Assembly: GCA_964396185.1 (NCBI GenBank)
Contig: CAYNEI010000006.1
Coordinates: forward strand, 11,081 to 75,080
Source of the DNA: an uncultured Thermoplasmatales archaeon
Lineage (GTDB): Archaea > Thermoplasmatota > SW-10-69-26
Length of the DNA: 64,000 nucleotides
Reading direction: 5' to 3'
The notes beneath the pieces were generated by a model. The model saw nothing but the letters and a program-made list of their open reading frames with translations, did no database searches and was not told where the DNA came from. The position numbers and the translations under genes were made by a program. Below are positions 28,842-38,012 of the stretch, piece by piece. The stretch's first letter is position 1. The number at the start of each line of letters is the position of its first letter.

Positions 28842-29156
28842 TCAGAGCAGCCGGTTCAGGTGGTCCTTCTCCTTCTCCTCCTCGCCTCCCTGGCAGGTGG
28901 CGTGGATGAAGAAGAAACACTGGCGACAGTCCATCAGGTTGCACCGCTGGCCCAGGTAGCCCTCCTCTTTCAGGCGGGCCACCGCGTAGCGCACGGTGCG
29001 CGGGGGCATCTCGGATACCTCGACGAGGTCCTTGTGGGTGAGCGGACCCTCGGCGGAGAGGATCGTGTAGATCGTCTGCGCCGATGGGGGCAGGCCCTCA
29101 GGGACGCTCGTCGCTTCCTCCAGGGTCTGGGGGATCGGAGCTGTCGCCTCGGACAC
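28842..29156 (-). CDS. Archaeal wHTH regulator (ArsR/MarR-like) with a Cys-rich wing
   Basis: LPPSAQTIYTILSAEGPLTHKDL...RTVRYAVARL typical of euryarchaeal HTH proteins; CNLMDCRQC...C. Confidence 0.8.
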   Translation of the reverse strand: MSEATAPIPQTLEEATSVPEGLPPSAQTIYTILSAEGPLTHKDLVEVSEMPPRTVRYAVARLKEEGYLGQRCNLMDCRQCFFFIHATCQGGEEEKEKDHLNRLL

Positions 29157-29160
29157 AAAT

Positions 29161-29186
29161 GAGACGACTTCCGTCTCAATACATAG
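29161..29186 (-). promoter_or_regulatory. Inverted repeat GAGACG-N5-CGTCTC (putative operator) and TATA-like TATGTATT
   Basis: IR at 29161-29177 directly upstream of GTG 29156; AT-rich box at 29178-29186. Confidence 0.5.
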
Positions 29187-29258
29187 GCGTTGCGTAACAC
29201 CGGTTCGAAGGAGAACCAGGCCAGGCGCGCTGTAGGCGCGCCTTCGTCGGGGCGCGGG

Positions 29259-29726
29259 TCACCGGTCCCGGCCCATCTGGCAGATGATCTCGAACTCCTT
29301 CTCGCGCACGGGCTGGACCGAGAGCCTGGACCGGCGCACCAGCACCATCTCCCCCAGCCGGCCATCCTCCTTGATCTCGCTCAACGGGACCAGTTGGGGG
29401 AAGGTCTCCACGTGCTCGATGTCCACCAGCTCCCACGTCGGGTCGTCCGGATCGCTGTTCTCGTCGTAGTAGGGCGAGTCCTCGTCGAACTGGGTCGGGT
29501 CGGGGTAGCTTTCCTTGACGACCTTGGCGATGCCGGCGACCCCAGAGGGGTTGGCGCTGGAGTGGTAGTACAGGACCAAATCGCCCTCGCGCATCTCCTG
29601 CATGTTGTTGCGCGCCTCGTAGTTGCGCACCTCGACCCACGCCGTCGGCCCATCCTTCTCGAGCTGGTCGATGGGGAACGAGGCCGGGTTCTGCTTGACG
29701 AGCCAGTGCTGTCGGCTGCGGGCCAT
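29259..29726 (-). CDS. EVE domain protein (THYN1-like)
   Basis: HWLVKQNP, WVEVRNYEARN, GDLVLYYHS, YPDPTQFD..SPYYD, RLSVQPV. Confidence 0.9.
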   Translation of the reverse strand: MARSRQHWLVKQNPASFPIDQLEKDGPTAWVEVRNYEARNNMQEMREGDLVLYYHSSANPSGVAGIAKVVKESYPDPTQFDEDSPYYDENSDPDDPTWELVDIEHVETFPQLVPLSEIKEDGRLGEMVLVRRSRLSVQPVREKEFEIICQMGRDR

Positions 29727-29876
29727 CGCGGGTGCATCGGCCCAACACCCAGGAACCTTTCGGCCGTTGGCTTCCGCGCTCGCTCCACCACGAGGCACGA
29801 GAGCCATGCGCAGGTTCAAGAGGAGCGAGCTTGTTGTCCCCCTGCGGGGGCGACAACCCCCTTGGAGGCTGATCGC

Positions 29877-30749
29877 ATGCGAGCGAGTTGGACGGCTATC
29901 GCCCTGGCGGCCTGGACGTTGATGCTGGTGACGAGCGCGAGCGCGCTGCCCTCGAACCCCGTCATGAACGGCGGCTTCGAGCAGCACCGGAACACGGTCC
30001 CGGAGTCCATCGAGGGCGTCGAGGTCTTCGGGGACGGAGGCGCGGCCGACGAGGCGCTCTTCTGGGAGGCCGGCAACGATGCCATGGATGTGACCACGGA
30101 CAAATCGGTGCGGTTCTACGACATCAACGGGGACGGCGACCGGGAGGCCGTCATCGAACCCTGCCCCTCCAAGTGCATGAAGGAGACGCTGGTCCAGCAG
30201 ACCCACAAACTGCCTCGAGCCATGAGCGGGAACTTCCTGACCTACCGGTTCGTGGTCGAGGACGGCACCGTGCCCGAGCAGGCCAAGGTCATCATGCGCC
30301 TCCAGGCCAACCCCAGCGAAAGCCAGCACCCCATGCCTGCCGGTGTCATCAACCGACCGGTCTACGACATCAACCTCGTCTTCCAAGACGAAGACCTCAA
30401 GCCGGACACCATCGGCCATGTCCTGCTCGACCCCGTGACCGAAGGCGAGATCACATGCCCGACGGTGGACATCGACTTCGACGGAGAGCGAGATGATCCC
30501 TGGCCGCCCTGCACGGACTTCCAGGATCGGTGGGGCCAGGCATCCGAGGAGGAGCGCCGGGACATGCTCGGACGCACACGGATGATCGCGCACGGCTTCC
30601 ACCAGTGGGATACGGGCACGGACACCGTCGCCATCGACAACGTGCGCATGACCGGTGCGAAGAACGTCGCCCAGGAGCTGGCCCGCCGCAACGTGCAGGT
30701 CAACGTGTGCCCCTTGGAGGCGTGCGTGCTCGATCCACGCACCGGGTGA
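29877..30749 (+). CDS. Secreted hypothetical protein, family X copy 1
   Basis: Signal peptide MRASWTAIALAAWTLMLVTSASA; NGGFE; shares DREA, EERRDMLGR and IDNV..TGA motifs with 55507 and 56843. Confidence 0.75.
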   Translation: MRASWTAIALAAWTLMLVTSASALPSNPVMNGGFEQHRNTVPESIEGVEVFGDGGAADEALFWEAGNDAMDVTTDKSVRFYDINGDGDREAVIEPCPSKCMKETLVQQTHKLPRAMSGNFLTYRFVVEDGTVPEQAKVIMRLQANPSESQHPMPAGVINRPVYDINLVFQDEDLKPDTIGHVLLDPVTEGEITCPTVDIDFDGERDDPWPPCTDFQDRWGQASEEERRDMLGRTRMIAHGFHQWDTGTDTVAIDNVRMTGAKNVAQELARRNVQVNVCPLEACVLDPRTG

Positions 30750-30822
30750 ACAGGTGTTCACAGGGTCTCTACTGGGTCAAGGTTAAGTCGCCCCCCACCC
30801 CCTACACCCTGAGGCGTCCCCC

Positions 30823-32556
30823 TTGAAGAGGCTCGCGATCCCCCTCGTGCTCTTGCTCCTGGCCAGCGGCTGCATCGCCGGCCAGGGCGACGACGAAGCG
30901 CCCAGCCCCACGGGCTCAGCCGTGGCCGGAGCAGCAGATGGCGTCAACCTCGACGCGCTCAGCCAACCGGTCTTCGAGCTCGACTCCATCACCGAGACGT
31001 TCCTGGAGAGCCACGATGGCACGGTGCTCCATGCCGCTGAGTACCATCCCAACGTGACCGAGGACGACAAGACCCCTGTGGTCATCCAGCTCAGCCCGTA
31101 TTTCGGCAACCTCGCCGGTGAGGCCCAAGCACAGCCGAACGCGTATTTCGTCGAACAGCTCGTCGAGCGCGGCTACACGGTGGTCTTCGCCAGCGTGCGT
31201 GGCACCGGTTACAGCGGCGGCTGCTACCAGCTCGGCGGGCCTACCGAGGTCCAGGACGCCTACGAGCTCGTCAAGCACTACCACGAGGCGGACTGGAGCA
31301 ACGGCAAGGTGGGCCTCATCGGCGTCTCCTACCCTGGCACGACGCCCTGGCAGGCCGCCATCGCGGACCCGCCTGGCTTGGAGACGATCGTGCCCATCGA
31401 GGGCATCTCGGACATGTACCGCTACATGTTCCGCGAGGGAGCCGCCTACACCCACGGCCCGCTCTTCCCGACCTACTACACGGCGCTCACCGACTGGGTC
31501 ATCACGCCCAACAACGCCGACCAGGTCGACCACGTGCTCGGCCCCCTGGGTGCAGCCTGCCCGGATGTCGCCGAGACCATCGCCAACGGCTACCGGACCT
31601 GGGCGGATGGGAACCACGACGCGTTCTGGGACGAGCGGGACTACGAGGCTCAAGCCGACAAGATCAACACCAGCGTCTTCGTCGTCCAGGGCTTCCAGGA
31701 CTGGAACGTCGACCCGGACAACCAGATCCCCCTCTTCGCAGAGCTCGACGTGCCCAAGAAGGCGTGGCTCGGCCAGTGGGCCCACAACATCCCCTTCGGC
31801 AACAGCTACAACAGCGACTGGGACCGCCACGACTGGAACCTCACCATGGTGGCCTGGTTCGACCACTGGCTCAAGGGCATCGACAACGGCATCATGAGCG
31901 AACCCCCGGTGCTAGCCCAGACCAGCCAGGGCGACTGGCACCGTGAGCAGGCCTGGCCGCCTGAGCGCACCCAGACCCACCAGCTCTTCCTGGCACCAGA
32001 CGAGCAGCTCACCAGCGAACCCGACGCTGATGCTGGGTCCATCATGCTTGGGCCCTGGCTTGGCGATTTCGGAGGCGAGATGGGAGAGACGTTGCCTGGC
32101 GAGGAGCAGCTCACGTTCGCTTCTGAGGGGCTCCCCCAGGACACCCTGATCGTGGGCCAGCCCACCCTCACGGTCAACCTCACCACGGACCAGCCCGACG
32201 GTCACCTGGTCGCCTACCTCCACGACCTGGATGCTGAGGAGCACGGTGAGCTCGGGCATGCCATCGTCAACCTGGCCCACCGCGACTCGCGCGACCGGGG
32301 CGAGCTCATGCCCCTTGGTCAGACGACACAGGTCAGCCTCGAGTTCTACCCCCTGGACGCCTGGGTGCCCGCCGGCCACCGGCTCGGGTTCACGGTCCTG
32401 TTGGAGGACGGCAGCCGGATCCACCCCTCACCGTTCACCCCCACCTACGAGATCCATCTCGATGCCGAGCAGCCCTCGGTGCTCAGCTTCGAGGTGCTCC
32501 CGGACCCGGTCTTCGAGCCTGCCCCGGAGCAGGATGAGACGCTGTGGGCGACGTGA
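30823..32556 (+). CDS. CocE/NonD (peptidase S15) hydrolase lipoprotein
   Basis: LLASGC lipobox; VRGTGYSGG, WSNGKVGLIGVSYPG nucleophile elbow, QGFQDWNV, GQWAH. Confidence 0.9.
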   Translation: MKRLAIPLVLLLLASGCIAGQGDDEAPSPTGSAVAGAADGVNLDALSQPVFELDSITETFLESHDGTVLHAAEYHPNVTEDDKTPVVIQLSPYFGNLAGEAQAQPNAYFVEQLVERGYTVVFASVRGTGYSGGCYQLGGPTEVQDAYELVKHYHEADWSNGKVGLIGVSYPGTTPWQAAIADPPGLETIVPIEGISDMYRYMFREGAAYTHGPLFPTYYTALTDWVITPNNADQVDHVLGPLGAACPDVAETIANGYRTWADGNHDAFWDERDYEAQADKINTSVFVVQGFQDWNVDPDNQIPLFAELDVPKKAWLGQWAHNIPFGNSYNSDWDRHDWNLTMVAWFDHWLKGIDNGIMSEPPVLAQTSQGDWHREQAWPPERTQTHQLFLAPDEQLTSEPDADAGSIMLGPWLGDFGGEMGETLPGEEQLTFASEGLPQDTLIVGQPTLTVNLTTDQPDGHLVAYLHDLDAEEHGELGHAIVNLAHRDSRDRGELMPLGQTTQVSLEFYPLDAWVPAGHRLGFTVLLEDGSRIHPSPFTPTYEIHLDAEQPSVLSFEVLPDPVFEPAPEQDETLWAT

Positions 32557-32561
32557 CCAAC

Positions 32562-32676
32562 GACCTTGATCACGAAGGACACGAAGGTCCACCAAGGACG
32601 CGAAGAGCAGACGGGATTATAACCGTTATAATCTTGGTGCCCTTCGAGCTTCTTCGTGTCCTTCGTGATCGAGGTC
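32562..32676. repeat. Palindromic heptamer-array element A
   Basis: Arms 32562-32586 and 32652-32676 are 24/25 reverse-complementary; 4 CRCSAAG-type units per arm; central perfect IR GATTATAAC-C-GTTATAATC. Confidence 0.9.
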
Positions 32677-34459
32677 AACCTTCCTGCCCGACGACCGTCT
32701 TGATCTTCTGGGCCATCTTGGGCCCCACTCCCTCGACCTCGGTGAGCTCGGCCTGGGTGGCCTTGCGCACGCCATCCAGGCTACCGAAGTGGCGAAGCAA
32801 CCGCTTGCGCGTAACCTCGCCGACACCGGGCACGGCGTCCAACAGGCTCGTCGTGAGATCCCGGGTGCGCTTCTTGCGCCCGTAGGTGATGGCGAACCGG
32901 TGGGCTTCGTCCCGAGCCCGCTGCAAGAGCTGGAGGCCCGGGGCGTTCTCTGGGAGCCGGATGGGCGCCTGCCAGCCGGGCCGCCAGAGCTCCTCCTCGC
33001 GCTTGGCGATCCCGAGGATCTCCACCTCCTCCAACCCGAGCTCGCGGGCGGCCTCCCTGGCCGCGTTGGTCTGGGCTTGACCTCCATCGATGAGCAGAAG
33101 ATCCGGCAGGGGTTCGCCCTCTTCGACCAGGCGTCGCAGCCGCCGGGTCACGACCTCTCGGATGGCGGCCACGTCGTCGTTCTTCTCCTGGCTGATCTTG
33201 TAACGGCGGTAGCCTTGCTTGTGGGCGCGACCGTCCTTGAACGTCACGAGCGCTCCTACCACGCCCTTGCCGCTGTGGTGGCTGATGTCGATGCACTCGA
33301 TGCGGCTGGGCGGGGTCTCCAGGCGCAAGCGCTCCTGGAGGTCCACCACGCCGGGGGCCGGGCCACGGGAGCGATGCGCGCGGGCGAGCTGGTAGCCAGC
33401 GTTCTTGGCCGCCAGGTCGAGCAGGCGCTTGTGCTTGCCCCGCTGAGGGACGCGTAGCTCCACCTTGTGGCCAGCCTTGGCGGCTAGAGCCTCGGAGAGC
33501 TCGTCGGGCTGCTGGGGCTGGAAGGGGATGGCCAGGGTGTGGGGGACCGCGGGTCGGTGCTCGTAGTACCGGGCGATGAACTCAGCCAGGAGCTGGGGCT
33601 TGTCCTCCTCGGTGGCTCCCGGCAGGCGGAAGTGCTGGGTGTCCACGATGCGGCCATCACGCCGTGGGAGCACCACGGCCACGCTGCGCTCCGGTGTCCC
33701 CTCCATGGCGATGGCATCGACGTCCTCGCGGTGGCTGGCGAAGACGGCTTGTTTGTCGAAGAGCCGCCGGATGCCCTGGATGCGGTCGCGCAGGCGGGCG
33801 GCCCGCTCGAACTCCAGGTCCTGGCTCGCCTCGGCCATCCGGTCCTCGAGCACCTCGATGGCCGGCTTGGGGTTGCCGCGGAGCACCCGGGTGACCTCAG
33901 CCACGGCCTCGTCGTAGGCCTCGTCGATCTGCTTGAAACAAGGCGCCATGCAGAGACCGATGTCGTGCTTGATGCAGCCCTCCGGCAGCTCGCGCGGGCA
34001 GTCCCGGATGCCGAAGACCTCGCGCAGGATGTTGACGAGCTCCTTTGCTGAGGAGACGTCCGGGAAGGGCCCGTAGTAGTCGCCGGGCTCGCGCTGGTCG
34101 CGCACGATGTCGATGCGTGGGTGGGCCTCGTCGGAGACCAGGATCCAGGGGTAGCGCTTGTCGTCGGTGAGACGCACGTTGTACTTGGGCTGGCGAGCCT
34201 TGATGAGCGAGGACTCCAGCAGGTAGGCCTCCTGCTCGCTGTCCACCAGCACGCTCTCCACATGGTGGGCCTCCGAGAGCATCTTGGCCAGCCGGGGCGG
34301 GTGGTCGGCCGAGAAGTAGCTCATCACCCGGGCGCGCAGGCTGGCCGCCTTGCCGATGTACAGGGGGTCACCGTTCTCGTCCGTGAACGTGTAGACCCCC
34401 GGCTGGCGAGGGAGGTGGCGTGCCTCGCGGCGCAAGCGATCAGGGGGCTCGTCGGCCAA
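32675..34459 (-). CDS. uvrC: Excinuclease ABC subunit C
   Basis: GIY-YIG (PGVY...LYIGKA), PKYNV..DDKRYP, UVR domain, IECIDISH, LIDGG, RDEAHRFA, HhH. Confidence 0.97.
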   Translation of the reverse strand: MADEPPDRLRREARHLPRQPGVYTFTDENGDPLYIGKAASLRARVMSYFSADHPPRLAKMLSEAHHVESVLVDSEQEAYLLESSLIKARQPKYNVRLTDDKRYPWILVSDEAHPRIDIVRDQREPGDYYGPFPDVSSAKELVNILREVFGIRDCPRELPEGCIKHDIGLCMAPCFKQIDEAYDEAVAEVTRVLRGNPKPAIEVLEDRMAEASQDLEFERAARLRDRIQGIRRLFDKQAVFASHREDVDAIAMEGTPERSVAVVLPRRDGRIVDTQHFRLPGATEEDKPQLLAEFIARYYEHRPAVPHTLAIPFQPQQPDELSEALAAKAGHKVELRVPQRGKHKRLLDLAAKNAGYQLARAHRSRGPAPGVVDLQERLRLETPPSRIECIDISHHSGKGVVGALVTFKDGRAHKQGYRRYKISQEKNDDVAAIREVVTRRLRRLVEEGEPLPDLLLIDGGQAQTNAAREAARELGLEEVEILGIAKREEELWRPGWQAPIRLPENAPGLQLLQRARDEAHRFAITYGRKKRTRDLTTSLLDAVPGVGEVTRKRLLRHFGSLDGVRKATQAELTEVEGVGPKMAQKIKTVVGQEG

Positions 34460-34578
34460 CAGGATGGAAGGGGGGGCTCAGAGGGATGAAGCTTCGGATG
34501 GTTCACCGCCCCCTTCCAGGCGGAGGGCTGCGGCAGCTCGAGGTCGGAGGGAGGGTAACAGTTGCTCAAGCCCAGGCG

Positions 34579-34685
34579 GATGACGGCCACAGGGGTCACA
34601 GGGGGTACACAGGGGTCACAGAGAAACATCGGGTCGGTCGTTCCTGTGTCCCCTGTGCTTCTCTGTGTTCTCTGTGTCTATCATC
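34579..34685. repeat. Palindromic heptamer-array element B
   Basis: Left arm 4x CACAGRG, right arm 4x YYCTGTG, outer GATGA...TCATC. Confidence 0.85.
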
Positions 34686-34724
34686 AGCGCTGCCTCGCAC
34701 CCCACCAACCACTCCCGAGCCATC

Positions 34725-34754
34725 CGTCGTGCTCGTTGCGCCTTTGTGGTGAAC
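34725..34754. repeat. Half copy of the heptamer-array element (G)
   Basis: Minus strand GTTCAC-CACAAAG-g-CGCAACG-ag-CACGACG, 5 nt after the stop at 34760. Confidence 0.7.
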
Positions 34755-34759
34755 GCCGG

Positions 34760-35734
34760 TCAGCTCAGGATCGCGTACCCCTCAGGCGCTTGCTGGTTGT
34801 AGAAGGCGCTCAGGTAGTGCGTGAACTCCTGCTGGATGGGCGCGCACGCGCTGACCACGCCGGGCAGGCAGTCGCTGTCCGCGAAGGCCCGGATGATCAG
34901 CGACCAACCGCTGTCCCAAAAGTTGTAACCGCAGAAGTCGTCGTCCTGCTCGGTGTCGTTGATGCCTTGGCAGACGTCGGTGAAGTTCTGGCTGGTCCGC
35001 TCCCAGGCGTCCTTCTCCAGCCGGATGAGATCCCCGTTCTCCAGCCCGGCATCGAACAGGTTGGCCCGGTAGTCGTAGACGAAGCCCTGGATCCACATGT
35101 CCACGGAGAGCATGGTGCTGCCAGCGGGTCCGCCCGAGCCTGGGATCTCGATCTCGTAGACGAGGGTGTCAAGGGGTGCTTCGAGCTCCGGGTACACATC
35201 GAACTTGTCGTTCGTCGAGTTCTCGGCGACGATCTGCGGCACCGCGCACAACGCGACGGCGTTGCTCGTGACGGCGTAGACGGGGCTGGGCCGCGTCGTC
35301 CACCCGACGCCGCACTCGATGAAGCCGCTCATCTCGACGACTTGCTCGAAGGGCTCCTCGATGGCGCCCCTGGCGAGCAGGAAGTCCACGATGGCGGCGT
35401 CGTTGGGCTCCACCGTCACGAGCTGCTGGCTCGAGATGAAGCCGTCGGCGCGGACAGCGACGGTGTACGTGCCGGGATCGATGCGCGAGAACGCGAAGCT
35501 CCCGTCACTGGCGCTCTCGGCCGTCTCCCCCGTCTCGACGAGGGTCACGTTCACGCCCTCGATGGGCTGGATCGCCTCGTCGGTGACGGTGCCTTCGATG
35601 CCGCCCAAATCGCTGGTCACCTGCGCGCGTTGCTTCTGGATCGGGCCATCCGTCTCGGCATCGCTGCCCCCAAGACAGCCAGCCAGGCCGGTGGTCAACA
35701 GCAGCAAGGCCAGGACCAGGATCGTGCGTCGCAT
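34760..35734 (-). CDS. Carboxypeptidase-regulatory-like domain lipoprotein
   Basis: LLLTTGLAGC lipobox; GGIEGTVTDE..PIEGVNV...DGSFAF..IDPGTYTV..RADGF. Confidence 0.85.
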   Translation of the reverse strand: MRRTILVLALLLLTTGLAGCLGGSDAETDGPIQKQRAQVTSDLGGIEGTVTDEAIQPIEGVNVTLVETGETAESASDGSFAFSRIDPGTYTVAVRADGFISSQQLVTVEPNDAAIVDFLLARGAIEEPFEQVVEMSGFIECGVGWTTRPSPVYAVTSNAVALCAVPQIVAENSTNDKFDVYPELEAPLDTLVYEIEIPGSGGPAGSTMLSVDMWIQGFVYDYRANLFDAGLENGDLIRLEKDAWERTSQNFTDVCQGINDTEQDDDFCGYNFWDSGWSLIIRAFADSDCLPGVVSACAPIQQEFTHYLSAFYNQQAPEGYAILS

Positions 35735-35802
35735 CGCGCCTGAGTTCCTGTGAGGAGACTTGAAGCTACCGGTGGCGACATCCAACTGGGGGAGGGTGGG
35801 TA

Positions 35803-35877
35803 ACCTGGATCACGAAGGACACCAAGGGGTCACGAAGGACACGAAAGCAAAGAGGTCACGCGAGGACGATCAAGGTC
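35803..35877. repeat. Degenerate heptamer-array element C (left arm intact)
   Basis: ACCTGGAT-CACGAAG-ga-CACCAAG-gggt-CACGAAG-ga-CACGAAA ... GATCAAGGTC; the ends match those of element A. Confidence 0.8.
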
Positions 35878-35907
35878 TGTGGTGGGCCGCACCAAGCGTT
35901 CTCTGGG

Positions 35908-36651
35908 CTAGTCGGGACGCACGCCCGCCGCCTCTAGCACCTCGACCAACTGTGCCTGCCAATGCCGGCCCCCGTCCTTGTTGGCGTGCGGGTTGGCAGG
36001 GCTCGGGTGCAGAAGGTAGGTCACCTCGATGGCGTGCTCGTCCTCCCGCTTGGCCACCGCGGCAGTGGCCCGGCGCTGGGCGAAGCGCCCGATGCCCACG
36101 ATGGTGGTGGGCTGGAAGTGGTCGATGAGCGCGTCGAGGTGCTCGTCACAGGCCTCGAAGATGCGCTGCCGGTCCGATTTGCGCAACCGCGGGGGGGTGA
36201 GGTTGCCGCCGTCCTCGTCGAAGAAGAGCAGCGGGCAGTAGTTCGCGATGAAGAGGTGCTGGTAGGCTTGCTGGAGGGTCCCGTAAACCTGTTCGAGGCC
36301 CCCGTAGAGGCGGCTGCCGCTGACCTCGTTGCGCTGGCAAGCCAGCCCCTCCACCACGCGGGCATCCCGCGGGTCATCGGGTTGCGCCACGTCGATCTCG
36401 GTGATGCCCATGGCGCGCACCTTGTCCACGTCCCCGAAGGGCACGCCGGTCTGGCCCATGCCCCAGGGGCCCGGGTTCATGCCCAACAGGAGCACAGGGC
36501 GAGGGAGGGGGGTTCCGCCGAAGGCCTCGGCGTACTGGCGGTGGCCGTCCCAGGCGTACGCGAGGGGGTTGTATGTCCAGGCCACCGGGGCCTCGAAGGG
36601 CATGTCGTGGCACCGTTTCGAGAGCTGGCGGGCCGCCTCCACGGGGTGCAT
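35908..36651 (-). CDS. SMUG1-type (family 3) uracil-DNA glycosylase
   Basis: YNPLAYAW, GMNPGPWGMGQTGVPFG (motif 1), EVSGSRL, NYCPLLF, HPSPANP (motif 2). Confidence 0.9.
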   Translation of the reverse strand: MHPVEAARQLSKRCHDMPFEAPVAWTYNPLAYAWDGHRQYAEAFGGTPLPRPVLLLGMNPGPWGMGQTGVPFGDVDKVRAMGITEIDVAQPDDPRDARVVEGLACQRNEVSGSRLYGGLEQVYGTLQQAYQHLFIANYCPLLFFDEDGGNLTPPRLRKSDRQRIFEACDEHLDALIDHFQPTTIVGIGRFAQRRATAAVAKREDEHAIEVTYLLHPSPANPHANKDGGRHWQAQLVEVLEAAGVRPD

Positions 36652-36941
36652 GGGTGGCCCAGCGCGCCGGTGGCCTTGAAGCTCCCGGTCGTCGACGCAT
36701 GTCGCAACGTTGAAGCCCGACCCCGCCCACCATGGCCATGGGCCAAGAGAGAGAGACCTCCTGGCTCGAACAAGTCCATCCTGGAACCCTGTCCTGGGAT
36801 GCGCCCAGGAACCTGGGATCACCGCTTCTAGCCCTTCTGGAGGCGAACTGTGGTCCCTGCCGCTGGCCGCCTTGGCCCAAGGGCGCCTGCCAGGGTGCTA
36901 TGTAGGGGTTGTAAGAGAGCTTGAACCCCGGGAGTACGGTC

Positions 36942-37979
36942 ATGGTCGAGCGCCGCACCCACATCGTCCGCGGAGTCGTCGGTGCAGCCGTCGGCCTCTC
37001 GGTGCTCGCCGTGGTCATCCACGCCGTGGATGCGTCCAAGGTCCTCGCGGCCCTGGCATCGGCGAACTGGATCTGGCTGGCCATGGCGGCGCTTGCCACG
37101 CTCATCCACTACGCGCTTGTCGCCGAGCGCTTCACCGCCTTCATGCGCCTGTTCACCACCGACGTGCCCGACGCAGTCCTGCGCCGCACAGGCATGGTGT
37201 CCAGCGCGCTGGGCCGTGCCATCGGCCTGGCCGGCATCGTGGCCTTCTCCATCGAGCTCGGCGCGGTCAAGCGCTTCGGCGGCCGCGTTCGCGACCTCGT
37301 CGGCGCCTCGCTCGTGAACTCCTCGATGAAGATCGCCATCCGCGGCACCGCCGCGGTGGTGGGCCTGGCCTGGGTCTTCGGCATCCCGACCCTCCAGCCG
37401 GGGGCGCTCACGGCCTCGGTGTCCACCGTACACAGCTTCGAGTACGCGCTGATCGGCTTCGCCGCCGTCATCGGCTTGCTGGCCGTCGGCGGAGCAGTCA
37501 TGTACTTCGGTCGCGCCGCCTGGCACCGCCTCGAGGACGCTGGACGCGCGCAAGACTTCCGGGAGGGGGCAGGCAGCGTGGTCACCGGGATCCAGGCCAT
37601 CCTCCACAAGCCCCGGCGGCTTGCGGTCCCCACCCTGTGGCTGGCCGCCGAGATCCTCGTGCTCACCACCGTGCTCTGGTTCTGCCTCGGTGCACTGGGC
37701 CTGTGGGTCAGCCCAGGCGTGGCCTTCGTGGCTTACGCTGTGGCTGGCTTCTCCCGTATCGTGTCGATCATCCCTGGCAACCTGGGCGTCCAGGAGGCCG
37801 GTGTGACCGCTGCCCTGGCCCTCATGGGCGTCCCGTGGGCAGCTGGCCTCGCCGCTGTGATCCTGGCCCGCACGCTCACCACCTGGCTGCCGGCGCTCAT
37901 CTGCCTCCCCCTGGGCTGGGGCCTGCTCACCGACGGGGGACCAGGCAGCCAACCCGTTGCGGACCCAGCGGTTTTGTAA
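36942..37979 (+). CDS. Lysylphosphatidylglycerol-synthase TM-domain / UPF0104 flippase-like protein
   Basis: Multi-TM; SIIPGNLGVQEAG...LARTLTTWLP signature. Confidence 0.8.
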   Translation: MVERRTHIVRGVVGAAVGLSVLAVVIHAVDASKVLAALASANWIWLAMAALATLIHYALVAERFTAFMRLFTTDVPDAVLRRTGMVSSALGRAIGLAGIVAFSIELGAVKRFGGRVRDLVGASLVNSSMKIAIRGTAAVVGLAWVFGIPTLQPGALTASVSTVHSFEYALIGFAAVIGLLAVGGAVMYFGRAAWHRLEDAGRAQDFREGAGSVVTGIQAILHKPRRLAVPTLWLAAEILVLTTVLWFCLGALGLWVSPGVAFVAYAVAGFSRIVSIIPGNLGVQEAGVTAALALMGVPWAAGLAAVILARTLTTWLPALICLPLGWGLLTDGGPGSQPVADPAVL

Positions 37980-38012
37980 CACCGGAGCGCCATCCAGGCT
38001 CGGTCAGCGCGC

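Noticed and set aside
32562-35877. CRISPR array interpretation of the short repeats
   Set aside because: Units are 7-mers in inverted arrays without unique 30-40-nt spacers, and no cas genes are present.
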